Shown here: piece after piece, positions 48,201-60,367 of the stretch
Numbering within the stretch: position 1 is the stretch's first letter
How the letters are laid out: each line of letters starts with the position of its first letter
NCBI GenBank assembly: GCA_014905635.1
Contig: CM026547.1
Span: forward strand, 2,914,001-2,978,000
Direction: 5' to 3'
DNA: 64,000 bases
DNA from: Scenedesmus sp. PABB004
Lineage: Eukaryota
Notes under the pieces: model-generated
Told to the model about the DNA's origin: nothing
The model's database searches: none
The model's input: the letters and a program-made list of their open reading frames with translations, nothing else
Position numbers and translations under genes: made by a program

Positions 48201-48779
48201 GTGGTCACCGTCGGCGCCGGCGCCCGCGCCGAGCCGGCGTCCGCGGCCAAGCGCCGCACCGCGGCGCAGCTCGCCGCGTCGGTGGAGCAGTTCAAGCAGT
48301 CGGTGCACGAGATGCAGGCGCTGTGGGCCCAGCTGCAGGGCATGACGCTGGACGACCAGGACGCGAGCGAGCTCACGCAGCTGCTCACGCCCGGCAGCGC
48401 CGGCGGCGCGGGCAGCCCCGGCGGCGCCGACGCGCCCGCCGCCGGCGGCGCGCCGGCGCAGCTGGCGGTGCGGCAGCGGCTGCAGGACGAGCTGCTGCAC
48501 AGCATCTGGGGCCTGCACGCGACCGTGACCGGCGGCGGCGGCGCCGCTGCGCCGGGTGCGGCAGGCTCGCCGCCGCGCACGCCCGGCTGGCCGCGCCCGG
48601 CCGGCGGCGCGGCCGCGTCGCCCGCGCCGTCGTCGCCCGCGCTGTCGGCCGCGCTGTCGCCGGGCCTCGAGGACCTGACCTCAAAGATTTGCGAGCAGTA
48701 CGCGGAGGTGCTGCTGAAGAAGCTCGACGCCCGGCGGCAGGCAAAGAAGGCTGGCGCGGGGGCCGTGAACGCGCGGTGA
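42241..48779 (+). CDS. WD40-repeat protein, WDR62/MAPKBP1-like, with long low-complexity C-terminus; ~9 exons
   Basis: LAIERVIGL, LAWPAGAFVV, HKHAVACVRFSPDG, FATCAADGTVRFW, LRCVRLSPD, AHDGELLCLD, LAASGGRDGLVHVY, GHSTLV...VSVGGDGCVIVW match the WDR62/MAPKBP1 layout. Confidence 0.85.
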
Positions 48780-49037
48780 TGTCTGCGGCGGTCTGAAAAT
48801 GCGGTGGTCCCACATTCCTGCAGCGTGGGCAGCTCACCGGAGCGCGCCCGCGCGCGGCGCCGCCTCGCGTGCCTGCGCGCCCCACTCCCCAGCCCTGCGT
48901 CGGCGGCGCAAGGCGGCCGCGACTGGGCTTCCCGGCGCGGCATCCCCTGGCGCCAGCGTCAGTCCCACTCCCCTGACGCACAGCGCAGCGGCGCAGGGCC
49001 CTCGGCAGCCGCGTGCCAGCAATAGGCAGGCGGCGAG

Positions 49038-50518
49038 ATGGGCGCGTTCGCCGCCGCCGCCGCGCTGCGCCGCGCCTCAGCCGGCGCGCTGACCGGCGGT
49101 GCCGCGTGCACATTCGGCGCCCCAGCATGTGCCGCGCAGCTGGTGCGCGCGGCGCCCGGGCCCGCGATTGGCGGCCGCGGCGGCGCGCCGCCGCTGCTCA
49201 CCGCCCGCCACGCGCAGCTGCAGGCGCCGCAGTGCCTCTGGTGGCACGCCGCTGGCGCGCAGCAGCAGCAGCGTCAACTTCAGCAGCAGCCGCAGCAGCG
49301 CGCCCTCTGGGCCGGCAGCGGCCGGCCGGGCGGGGCGTGGCGGCCGCCGCTGCTGCAGGCGCAGCAGGCGCAGCAGCCGTGCGGGGCGGGGCCGTCGCTG
49401 GCGATCAGGTGCGTGCGCCGCCGCTTTGCTGGCGGCGCCGCCGCGCGCCGACGGCTGCAGCCGACGGCTGCCCGCGCCCGCCGCCGCCGCCGCCGCCGCG
49501 CAGGCGCGGCGCGTCGGCCGGCGCCGCCGCCGCGAGCGACCAGGTCAAGGCCGCGCTCGAGGCGAAGCGCGCCAAGAGCGCGCGGTACGCCGCGCTGCTC
49601 GACTTCAGCGCCACGACGCTGCCCACGGTGCTCGACCCCTACACGGGCCGCCCCGGCCTGCTGCGCGCGGGCGTGCTGCCCTGGCCGCTCGCGACGGCGC
49701 GCTGGCTCTGGGCGGGCGTGCAGAACCGCATGATGCTCGGCGCCGCGGTCGGCGCAGCGCGGCGCAACATCCCGGGCCACGACACCATGCCGCTCGGCGA
49801 CGTCGTGGCGGGGCTGTACGTGCAGGTCATGTCGGCGCAGGCGCAGTACGAGCTCGAGCGCGCGCGCGACGTGAGCACGCGCGGGCGCGCGCGGGCGCAG
49901 CGCGCAGCGCGCGGGGCGTACAGCCCGCAGCGCGCAGTGCGGGGCGCCGCGGTGCCGCCGCCGCCCGCGCGCGGGGGCCCCGCCACGCGCACGCGCACGC
50001 GCCGCCGCCGCCGCCGCCGCGCGCAGGTGGTGAGCAAGGAGATGTTCATCAAGCTGCGCGCGACCGCGCGGCAGCGCCGCAACGGCCACTGGGACCGCAT
50101 CGACTGGGAGCTGCTGGACCGGGACGAGCTGGCGAAGAACGTCAAGCTGGTGCACGGGAGGTGCGGGCGCTGGCGCGTGCGGGTGGCGGCGCCCCCGCCC
50201 GCCGGGCCGCGGCGCGCGCCGCCGCTGACGGCGACGCTCCCGCTCCCGGCGTGCACGCGCAGGGTGCAGAAGCTGGACAAGGACTCGCCCGTCGACTGGA
50301 TCCAGCTCACCTTCCGCATCACCAGCCGGCAGCGCTTTGCGGCGTGGCGCGTGTCGCGGGGGCAGCCGGACGAGCTCGTCGCGGGCGACCCGGGCGCGGA
50401 GGTGGACGTCGTGGACTACTGGGTCATTGAGCACAAGACCCTCCAGCCCGGGCCCAACAAGGAGAAGCAGTTCCTCAAGGACGCGCGCTGGCGCCTCGTC
50501 GGGCAGCTCTTCCTGTGA
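49038..50518 (+). CDS. Mitochondrial Tim44-like domain protein (mL45/Mba1-like), 4 exons
   Basis: Arg/Ala-rich presequence; WIQLTFRITSRQRFAAW...LVAGDP...VVDYWVIEH...WRLVGQL is the mL45/Tim44-fold C-terminal signature. Confidence 0.75.
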
Positions 50519-50975
50519 CGCGCGCGTGGCGCTGCGCGGCGCGCGGCGCGCGGGCGGTGCGTCGCCGCGGCGCCGCCGCGGCGCGGAATCGAGCGAGGGA
50601 CGGCAACCTGTGCGCTCCCGGTGTGCCGGGCAGCTCCGGGGCCCCTGGAAGAAGCGCCGCGGCGTCACCCGCGCCAGCAGAAGCTGGGTTACCGAGATCA
50701 CCCATACGCGCTGCCGCGCCCGCCAGTCTGCTCCCTTCATCAGCGCGGTGCTCGCCGCAGACCTCCTGCGACTGGCAGCGCTGCTCCTCCGCGGAGAACA
50801 CGGTGCCGGCGAGCTGCAGCCGCGCACAGGCCCCTCGTGACGGGCTGATCCGGTGAGACGCTGGCTTTATGGGAAGCCATGAGATGCGGCGAGCGTCCTG
50901 CGCACCGGCCTGGGCGGCGGCAGCAGCGCTGCACTTTGAACTGGCCTGCGCTGCGCAGGCGGGTCGTCAGGCTCC

Positions 50976-52199
50976 ATGGCCTCCTCGATGGCGGCGCTCG
51001 TGCTGTGCGCGCTCCTGGCGGCGGCAGCGGCGAGCAGCGCGGCCGCGCAGCGGGCGGGCGCGGCGGCGCAGGCCTGCTACTTCCTCGACAAGGACGGCGG
51101 CGTCTGCGTGCCCAGCGCCCAGAACGCTCTGGCAGTGGCGGCGTCCCTGGCGCCGCGCGGCGCGTTTCGGAAGGCCAGCCTGATGGCGCTCGACCGCGCC
51201 GCGGCGTGCAGCGGCACGCACACGACTGAGTCCGCGTGCGCCCAGGACGCCGCGAATCGCTGCTTCTGGCGCGTGCCCCCCGGGGGAGGCCAGGGGATCT
51301 GCCTGTCGGCAGACTACGCCGAGGTGGCGGCATTTGAGCGCAGCGGGTTTGCGGTCGGCGCGGCGACCATCCCGTCGGCGATGACCTGCCCCGGGACGAA
51401 GGCCGCCCAGTTCTTCGCCTGCTACGCCCACCCCGCGCCCGGTGCGGCCCCGCACAGCGCGCGCAGTGCGCACAGCGCGCGCAGCGCGCACAGCGCGCCC
51501 CGCCGCTGCCGGCGCGCCCGCGCGGCGCGCGCAGCGTGCGCAGCGCGAGCCCCGGCGGCCCCGGCTGACCGCACGCGGGGCTCCCCCGCGCAGAGACGTG
51601 CGCCAAGCTGCCGGGCTGCGCGCCCGCGCCGGCGGGCCTGGTGACAGGCAACCGCCCGGTGTGCCTGCCGGCGTGGGCCGCCAAGCTCGACGTCAAGGCC
51701 AGCCAGGCGCTCGCGGCCCAGATCGGCCGCCTCGACGCCGCGGTCTTTGGCAACTGCGAGGCCGCGTGCTGGCTGCGCCAGGCGCGCGCGTGCAGCCTGC
51801 TGGGGTCGGACGAGGCCGCGTGCAGCCGCGACGCCGCGTGCGCGTTCAACCCGATCGCCAAGGCCTGCCTGCGCGCGGCCGCGGCGCCCCCGGGCAAGGA
51901 CAAGTACGACGACGCGCTCGCCGGCCTCATGGTGCGCCGCCCCGCCCGCCCTGCCCGCCCGCCTGCGGGCGCCGCCCTGCCCGCGCGCCCGCCGCCTGCG
52001 CTGCCCTGCCCGCCCGCGCGCCGCGGCGGGGGCCCCGCGCGCCGCTGGGCCGCCGCTCACGCCGCCGCACCGCACCGTGCGCGCGCAGGGCGGGTGCGCC
52101 AAGCTGAGCAAGAAGGGCGACTGCGTGGCCAAGCGCGTCAAGCTGGAGCAGGCGGGCAAGTGGCGGACCTGGGCGCCCGCGACCGCCGCCAGCTGCTGA
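50976..52199 (+). CDS. Secreted cysteine-rich protein of unknown function, 3 exons
   Basis: Signal peptide MASSMAALVLCALLAAAAASSAAAQ; repeated Cys modules (CSGTHTTESACAQDAANRCFW...C; CSLLGSDEAACSRDAACAF...C); canonical GT-AG introns. Confidence 0.7.
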
Positions 52200-52270
52200 T
52201 GGCGGCGTTTTTGGGGCGCGCGCATTAAACGAGTGCGCGACGCGGGCTTGAACTCAAGCTGGCAGAAGCG

Positions 52271-52275
52271 TTACA
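52271..52275 (-). promoter_or_regulatory. TGTAA poly(A) signal of the sulfotransferase-like gene
   Basis: TTACA on + strand about 30 nt beyond the stop at 52303. Confidence 0.5.
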
Positions 52276-52302
52276 GCGCCCCTGCCTGCCCCGTGCGGCC
52301 TG

Positions 52303-53340
52303 CTAGCTAGCGAGCAGGGGCAGCACGCGGCAGTCGGCTGTGCGCAGGAAGATTGGCGGCAGTGCGTCCATCCGCGCGGCCAGCGCCCCGTACATTGCGC
52401 GCCGCTGCTCCTCCGTCACCTGGCTCGCGCGCGGCCGCTTGCGAGCAGCAAACGCTGCCGCCAGCGCAGCCACCTCCTGCTCACTCTTGGCCGCCCGCCC
52501 GCCGCAGCCGCCGCCGCCGGCGGCTGCTGCTGCGGCGCTGCTGCCAGCCGCTCCTGCCGCTGCGCTGCTGCCGGCCGCTAGTGCGGCGGCGCTGCTGCTG
52601 CTGGCGCTGCCGCCGCGGTCTCGCTGCCCGCAGATGTGCGCCAGCATCGCGGTCGCCACGGGCAGGTCGAACATGGCCTCATACCTGCGCGCGGGCGGGC
52701 CGTCGACCAGGCCCCGCAGCGCCCCGCCCCGCCCCGCCCGCAGCAGCGCGCCGCGCCGCGCCGCACCGCACCGCACAAACAGCACGTCGTACGGCGTGGG
52801 CGTGCGCAGCCAGCTGTCCAGGTGGCGCTCGAGGCCGAACAGGTCCTCCCCGCGCGCCACGTACGCATCAAAGTTGGCGGGAAAGCCTGCCGCGCCGAGG
52901 TCGGGCCGGCCGCTCGTCTTGAGTGCTTGGTGGTGCGCGTGCCCGCGGCGGTAGTGGCTCGCGACGCAGGCCAGCGGGTCGCCGAAGAGGTACACCACGA
53001 CCGTGCCCGCGCCCAGGCCCGCCGGCGGCCTGCACACAGGGCAGCGGCGGCGGCGCGTGGCGGCGGGTGAGGCCCGCGCGGGCGGCGGCAGCGCCGCGCG
53101 GCGGCGGCGCCGTGGGGCGGCAGCGCGCCTGCTAGCGTGGCGCATCGCGTCTTGGTCGGTCAGCAGGTTGCAGGCGAGGCGCGCGTCGCGCGTGAGAAAG
53201 TTGGAGAGCTCCGTGCTGCCCACGCCGCCGGGGGAGCAGATGCAGACCTCGAGCTGCAGGCCGGCCAGCGCGGCGAGCAGCTCCTCCACCTGCAGCGACC
53301 GCTCCGGTCGCGCCGCGAGCACCGCCTTGAGCACGTCCAT
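52303..53340 (-). CDS. Sulfotransferase-fold (P-loop) protein, 3 exons
   Basis: CSPGGVGSTELSNFL (5'PSB-like), VVYLFGDPLACVASHYRR (3'PB-like), LFVRYEAM; GC donor at 53128. Confidence 0.6.
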   Translation of the reverse strand: MDVLKAVLAARPERSLQVEELLAALAGLQLEVCICSPGGVGSTELSNFLTRDARLACNLLTDQDAMRHASRRAAAPRRRRRAALPPPARASPAATRRRRCPVCRPPAGLGAGTVVVYLFGDPLACVASHYRRGHAHHQALKTSGRPDLGAAGFPANFDAYVARGEDLFGLERHLDSWLRTPTPYDVLFVRCGAARRGALLRAGRGGALRGLVDGPPARRYEAMFDLPVATAMLAHICGQRDRGGSASSSSAAALAAGSSAAAGAAGSSAAAAAAGGGGCGGRAAKSEQEVAALAAAFAARKRPRASQVTEEQRRAMYGALAARMDALPPIFLRTADCRVLPLLAS

Positions 53341-53662
53341 GCCACAGCCCCTGCGCCGCCTGGGTCTGGGAGGGCAGGGTGTGGCGCCGCCGCAGGCCGC
53401 ACGGCAGAAGGGCGGCGCCGCGCAGCGGAAGGCGGAGCAGCACGCGCGACGCTCGTCGTTCGTGTCGCGCCGCGCCGGCCGGCGACGGCGAGGCCGATCG
53501 GCGCCGCCGGGCGAGGGCCAGACGCAGGCCCCGGCGGCGGCCCCCAGGCAGCGCAACCGCCGGCGCCAGCGGCGCCGCTGCTGCCCCCGACGCCGCTGCC
53601 GGCGCGCGCGCCCGACGCCCCTGCTGCCGCCATGCGGTCCCGCGGTCCTGCCTGATGGCGCC

Positions 53663-56600
53663 ATGTCGGCCCAGGCCTACAGCACGCTCTCGTCGGCCGG
53701 CAAGCGCCGGCTGCACGCGCACGATGACATCGACCGCACCGTCTACGCGTTCGGCCAGACGCTGGCCTCCATCGTCAACGACCCCCGCACCGCCGGGCAG
53801 GCGGCGGGCGGGTGGTGGGGCATGGGCGGCGAGCCCGCGGCGCCGCCGCCGCCGCCGCTCGACCCCGCCCGCTACCCGCCCGTCGCACGGGCCGACGTGG
53901 CGCGCTACGTAGAGCTCGTGCACGGCGCCTACGAGCGCTTCGTGCGCGATCGGGCCAGCCTCGAGGCCTTCGGCGCCGCGCACGGCGGCGACGGCGCGGG
54001 TGCGCGACGGTTGGCCGCTGCTGCGGCCCAGCCGCTGACGCGCTGCCCGCCCTCACCCAACCTCACCCGCGCGCCGCCGCTCAACCCGGCGCAGACGGCG
54101 GCACGCGGCACGGCGGCGCGGGAGAGGGCGAGCCGCTGCTGGCGGCGGCGCAGGCGGTGCCGGCGCCGTTTTTCGAGGAGGGGTTCTTCGACGACTGGTG
54201 AGGGGGGCGCGGGCTGCCCCCCTCCCACCCTGTGGCGGTGGCACGGCCCGCACGCAGCAGCCCCCGGGCTGCAGCCGCCCCGGGGACGCGGCGGCGGTCG
54301 CCGAGCGCCGCGCGCGCCGCGCCGCGCCCTGCGCGCGCGCAGGGACGACTTTTTCCGGCAGTACTGCCGTGAGCAGTCGGCGGAGGAGCTGTACGAGCAG
54401 ATCGACACGCTCAACAGGCACCTGGTGCGGCGCGTGCGCCCGTGCCCACGCGCACCGCTGGCCCGGGCCCGGGCCGGGGCCTGCCATGGCGGCGCTGCCG
54501 ACGTGCCGCGCCGCGCCGCGCCGCGCCGCGCCGCGCCGCGCGGCAGGACGTGGTGGAGCTGCAGCTGCTGCGCGAGGTCGCGAGCCGGTCGGACTCGTTC
54601 TTCCAGGCCGCGGCGAGCCTGCAGCACCTGCTGGGCATGCTGCGCGACAGCCAGGCCGGCATCCGCGCGCTGCGCGCCACGCTCGCGGCGGCGGACGAGG
54701 CAATGTACAGCAGCGCGGTCTCGGTGCAGGCGCTGCAGCGGCGGCGCGGCAACCTGCAGGCCACGCTCGACATCACAAAGGCGCGCGCCAATGCGCGCGC
54801 GGCGGCCGCCCCCGCCGCACGCCGCGCGCGGCGCGCCCCCCAAACGCGCGCGCGCGCCCGCCGGCGGCTCACGCGCGCGCCCCGGGCGCGGCGCCTGCAG
54901 GGCCTGGAGGAGGTGCTGGCGGCGCAGGCGGCGCTCGAGTGCCTGCTGGAGGGCCAGGACTATGCGGGCGCGCTGGAGCTGCTGGAGCAGATCCGGGCGC
55001 TGCTGGAGGCGCCCGGCCTGCGCGGGCTGCAGTGCGTGCGCCACCTGCCGCCGCGCCTGGTCGACACCATCGCCGCGGCCGAGGCCGCGCTCGCCGCGGA
55101 GTTCCTGGCGACGCTGGCCAACGGCGAGCTGCCGCGCGTCGTCGCGGGCGCGGCGGCGGACGCCGAGGCGCACCCCGGTGCGCGGGGGCTCGCTGGCTTG
55201 CTGCGCGGCGCGGGCAGCGGCGGCGGCGGCAAAAGGCAGCAGCGGAGGCTCTGCGCTCATGCGGTCGCACCCGCACCCGCACCGCACCCGCCGCCGCAGA
55301 CGCCGGCATCTCCGCCAGCGGCAAGGAGCCGCCCGGCACGCCGTGGCGCCTGCCGCAGCCGGGGCGCGCCGGCGGTGCCGGCTGCGGCGACGCGGAGGCG
55401 GAGGCGCTGGGCGAGAAGCTGCTGCCGCTGGCGGTCGGGCTCTACCGCAGCGAGCGCCTCGCGGCCACGCTCCAGCGCCACCAGGCGGGCGTGGGCGATG
55501 AGGTCAAGGCCGGCGTGCGCGACGCGGTGCAGGCGGTGCTGCCGCTGCTGCTCGCGGCGAGCGGCGCCGACGCGGCGCCGCAGCCGGACAGGCACGAGGC
55601 GCAGCTGTCGGACCAGCTCGCGGTGAGCGCCGCCGCGGGCGGCGCCGCCCCGGGCGCGCGCCGGCGCCCGCGCCGCCCGCGCCGCCCCGCCGGCACGCTC
55701 AGCGCCGCGCCCACGCCTGCGCGCCTGCGTGCTGCCCGCGCAGCTGCTGCACCACGGCGCGTTCATGGTGCAGCTCCACGCCGCGGCGCGCGTCATCACG
55801 TCATGCATTGACCACGCGGCGCTCGTCGCGCAGCTGCTGGAGGCCACGCTCGCCGGCGTCAGCGCGCCGGCGAGGTGCGGGCCGCACGGGCGCGCGCGGG
55901 ACGCTCGCCGCGGGTGCCTGCCGCCCCCCCCGCCGCCCGCCCACGGCCCCGCGCCCGCCGCCGCGCAGCCAGCTGGCGTCGCTGCGCAAGGAGTGCGCGG
56001 CTGTGCTGCAGGCGGTGGTGGACGTCGGCCTGGACCGCTGGGTGAAGCTGCTGGGCGCGCGCGGCGCGGCGCACACGCGGCTCAAGCAGTACGAGCTGCG
56101 CCAGCTGCTCGACCTCAGCGAACAGGTGAGCGCCGCCGCGCAAGGGGGCAGGGCCGGGGCCCCGGCCGGGGGTGGGGCCCGCCCGTCCCCCGCCCGCCCG
56201 CGGCGGCCCGCCCGCAGCGGCCCGCCCCGCGCTCACCCCGCTCACCCCGCGCCGCGCCGCACTGCAGGTGGCCGCGTACGCCGAGGCCGCGGGCGCGCGC
56301 ACGCCGGGGTCCTTCCGCGCCGCGCTGCAGGCGCAGTGCAAGGCGCTGCTGGACGCGACGCACGCGCGCAGCATGAACCAGCTGCAGCACTTGCTTGAGA
56401 GCGAGCAGTGGGTCGCGGTGGAGGTGCCAGGCAGCTTCCAGGGCATGGTGGACCGCCTGGTGGCGCGCTGCGGCGAGGGCGCGGCGCGGCTCGAGCCGCC
56501 GCCGCCGCCCGGCGGCCGCGCGAGCCCGCGCGGCTCGGCCGACGGCGGTGCGGGCAGCCCGGGCGCGGGCCGGCGCGGCTCAGCCGACGGCGGCGGCGGC

Positions 56601-58895
56601 GCCGAGGCGCACGCGCCGACGCTGGTGGTGTGCGGCAAGGCGTTCCACCTGGTCAACTCTGGGCTGATGGTGCTGAAGATGCTGGACGAGTACATGCGCC
56701 TGTATGAGCTGATGCCCCAGTTTGGTGCGGAGCTGGTGCACCGCCAGCTGGAGCTGCTGCGCCTCTTCAACGGCACGACCGCGGCGCTCGTGCTCGGCGC
56801 GGGCGCGATGCGCACCGCGGGCCTGCGCTCGATCAGCGCGAAGCAGCTCGCGCTCAGCTGCCAGGCGGTCGCGATGCTGAGCACGCTGCTGCCGCTGCTG
56901 CGCGCGGGGAGCCTGTCGCTCGTGAGCCAGCCGCGGCGCGCGCTGCTCATGCCCGAGTTTGACCGCCTGCTCGCCGACCTCACCACGCACGCGGACGAGG
57001 TGCACAGCAAGCTCGTGGACATCATGCGCGACCGCATGGCCGCCGCCGCGGCGGCGCTGCCGGGCGAGGCGCGCGCCGCGGCCGCCGCGTCGGCGGGCGG
57101 CGCGCCGCCGGCGCCCGCGCCCACGGTCGCGCTGCTCGCGCGGCAGCTGGGCACGCTGCGCGGCGTGCTCGTGCCGTACCTGCAGCGCGAGGAGGTGGAG
57201 TTCATCTTTGGCGCCGTCGCGCGCGCCTACAGCGACGCGCTCGCGGAGCTCTTTGAGCGCCTGCTCCAGTCCGACCCCGACACAGAGGCCGTCGTCGCCG
57301 CGAGCGCGCTCGCCATGCTGCAGGTGCGCGCGCGGTGGCGGCCGCGGCGGACGACGCCGCCAGCGGGCAGCCGCACGGGGCGCAGGCGCAGGCGCGCGCG
57401 CGCCGCGGCGCTGCGCCTCACGCGCCCGCGCGCGCCGCCGCCGCAGGCGTTCCGGGAGCTCCCGCTCGACCCGGCGCGCGCGAGCAACTACTGCAGCCGG
57501 CTGTCGACCACCTACACCAAGCACTTTGGCCTGCCGCCCTGGGACCAGGAGCGGCTGCAGGGCCAGCGGGCGGCGCAGGAGCCTCCGGCGCAGCTGCAGC
57601 CGCGGGCAGACGAGGAGCCGCCGTCGGCGCAGCAGCCGCAGCCGCCGGAGCAGCCGCTGCGGCAGCCGGAGCAGCAGCAGCCGGAGCAGCAGCAGCAGCC
57701 AGAGCAGCAGCAGCAGCAGCTGGAGCAGCAGCAGCCCCTCCGGGAGCAGCAGCCCCTCCGGGAGCAGCAGCCGGAGCAGCCGCCCAGCAGCCAAGGCCCG
57801 AAGCCAGGCCGCACCAGCGACACTGAGGCAGCGGGCCTGTCTGTCGAGGTTGTGGAGCCGGGCAGCACCGGCCCGCCGCAGCAGTCGCACGGGCACGCGG
57901 CGGCGGAGCAGCAGCCCGGTGTGGAGCAGCCGGCGGCAGTCGAGCAGCAGCCGCAGCAGTCGGACCAGCGGCCGGAGCAGGAGCTGTCGCAGCCGCAGCA
58001 GCCGCAGCAGCCGCAGCAGCGGCAGCAGCCTGGGCCACTGGTGGAGCTGCCGCAGGAGCTGCAGGATGAGCAGCCGCTCAGCAGCCTGGCGCCGTCCGCG
58101 GGCGAGGCCTGGGACGCAGCGGCCGGCAGCGGCAGCTGGGGCGGCGGCGCTGCCGCCGCTGCCGGCAGCGAGCAGCAGCCGCTGGACGGCGCCGCTGGGC
58201 CGCAGCATCAGCCGGCAGCGCCGGACGCGCCCAGCGACGACGGCGGCAGCGTCGGTGGCCCGCCCTCGGCAGCAGCGGGCGACCTCGTCGTCGCAGCCGC
58301 CGAGCAGCCAGGCGAGCAGTCAGCCGGCGAGTCAGCGCCAGGGCCGCTGTCGGCAGAGCCGCAGCGGGCGACCGCAGCCACCGACCAGGCGGCGCCCGCG
58401 CCGGCGCAGGCGCCAGCGGCGGAGGGCGCTGGCGAGCTGGCGGACCTGCTCGGCGGCTGGGGCGAGCCGGCGGCCAGCGACGGCGCTGAGCCGGCAGGCG
58501 GCGGCAGCGGCGCGCTGGAGTGGCTGCAGCAGGAGGCCGAGCAGTCGGCGCCGGCGACCAGCGCCAGCGGCGGCGGGGCGCTGCTGGACGGGCTGTGGGA
58601 CGGCGCCCCCGCGCAGGAGCGCCCCGGCGGCAGCGCCGCGAGCGAGGCCGCGCAGCAGCAGCTGCAGCAGCAGCCGCAGGCGCAGGCAGCGGACGACGGG
58701 CTTGGGCTGCTGGAGGACGTGTCGCTGCTGGACGGCGAGCCCGGCGCCGCCGAGGCGCCGGCCAAGGCGCCGGGCGGCGGCACCAACGCCAACGGCCTGC
58801 CGGTGAGGGGCAGCAGCTTCGACCCCCTCGACGCCACCAGCGCGCCGCCGCCGCCGGCCGCGGTCGAGCGCGACGCCGCGGACGACCTGCTGTGA
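53663..58895 (+). CDS. VPS54: GARP complex subunit VPS54 with a long Gln/acidic C-terminal extension, ~10 exons
   Basis: GQTLASIVNDPR, LDVVELQLLREVASRSDSFFQA, LESEQWV, FHLVNSGLMVLKML, FNGTTAALVLGAGAMRTAGLRSISAKQLALSCQ, EVHSKLVDIMRDR; GC donor at 54781. Confidence 0.92.
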
Positions 58896-59043
58896 CGCCA
58901 CGCGGCCCCTGCTTACCGGGGCGGCGCGGCGCGCGCCGGCGCGGGGTTGGCCGGCCGCGCGCGCGCGCAGCGAGGGCTCGGAACGGCGCACGCGGGGGCG
59001 ACGGCGGCGGCACGGGCGGCTGCGAGTAAACGAGCGGCACCGC

Positions 59044-60030
59044 TCACGCCGCGGCGCGCACGCGCGCCGCTGCCGCACGCATGTCGCGCATCGCCTGCGC
59101 GGGATCAGCCGCGCCAAAGATGGCCGAGCCCGCGACGAATACGTTGGCGCCCGCCTCGGCCGCCGTGACCGCCGTCGTCGGCGTGATGCCACCGTCAACT
59201 TCGATCAGCAGGTCGACAAAACCGTTGCGCAGCTCGCGACATTTGGCGGCCGCCTCGGGCTTGAACGCCTGGCCGCCAAAGCCAGGCTCAACGGTCAGCA
59301 CCAGCACCTGCCAGGCGGGGCGCGGGGGCGCCGGCTGTCAGCGCAACCAGCGTGCGCGCAGGCGCGGCCGCACGGCCCGCCCCCGGCCGAGCAGCGCGCT
59401 GCCGCACCATATCCAGCAGCCCCTGCCGCAGGTACGGCGTCAGCAGCGCCGCCGGCGTCGCGGGCCGCAGCGCCACGCCGACCTGCATGCCGGCGGCGCG
59501 CACCGCCGCCGCGGCCGCGACGACGTCTGGGTGCGCCGCCTCTGCGCTGAGTGCCGCGAGGTCGGGCACGATCGCCTCGAGGTGGAACGTGAACATGTTG
59601 GCCCCCGCCTTGGCCATGTCTGGGACCCAGCGCAGCGGGTCGGTGACCATGAGGTGGACGTCGAAGAACGCCGCGCTGTGCTTGCGCAGCGACGCGACGA
59701 CCGGCGCGCCGATCGTCAGGTTTGGCACAAAGTGGCCGTCCTGGGCGGCGAGCCCGGGCGGCGGGGCGGGCGCGGCGGTCGTCCGCGGAGGAGCGCGGCG
59801 CTGCGCGACGCCAGCGCCCCTCGCACCATGACGTCGATGTGCAGCCAGTCGGCCCCCTGCTTTACGATGCTGCTACACTCGTCCGCGAGCCGCGCAAAGT
59901 CTGGCGCGGGGCGGCGGCAGCGGTCAGCGCTGCGCAGCAGCCGCTGGCGTCTGCGGCGGCGCCCGGCCCACCGAGCCGCACCTGCGGAGAGTATGCTGGG
60001 CGACAGGATCACGTCGCCCTTGCTCGCCAT
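59044..60030 (-). CDS. RPE: Ribulose-phosphate 3-epimerase, cytosolic type, 4 exons
   Basis: SPSILSADFARL, WLHIDVMDGHFVPNLTIG, FDVHLMV, TVEPGFGGQ, IEVDGG, FVAGSAIFG; no transit peptide. Confidence 0.96.
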
Positions 60031-60367
60031 GGCGTGATCGGCAGGCGGGCGGGCGGGGCGAGCGGCGGCAGCAGCGGCGGCTGCGTCGGTTGGTGGCGCC
60101 GTGGCGCGTGGTCCCGAGGTCTCGGCGATCGCGGACGTGCGTGGGACGGGAGTGGCGATCCACAGAGCGCCGCTGCAGCCTGCGCCCCACTGTCAACCCT
60201 GTGTCGCAAAGCTCGCCGAACCGCTGCAGGCCCGAGTCTGCCCGGCCCGGAGGACAAGTTACCGGGAGCCAGCGCCTGCTGCACGGCGTGCCCGGCCACT
60301 GCCCCCTGCAGCCGCGCGGCCGCTGCCGCGCGCTGGGCGCCGGGCGCCGCCGCGCTCGGCTCAGGGC

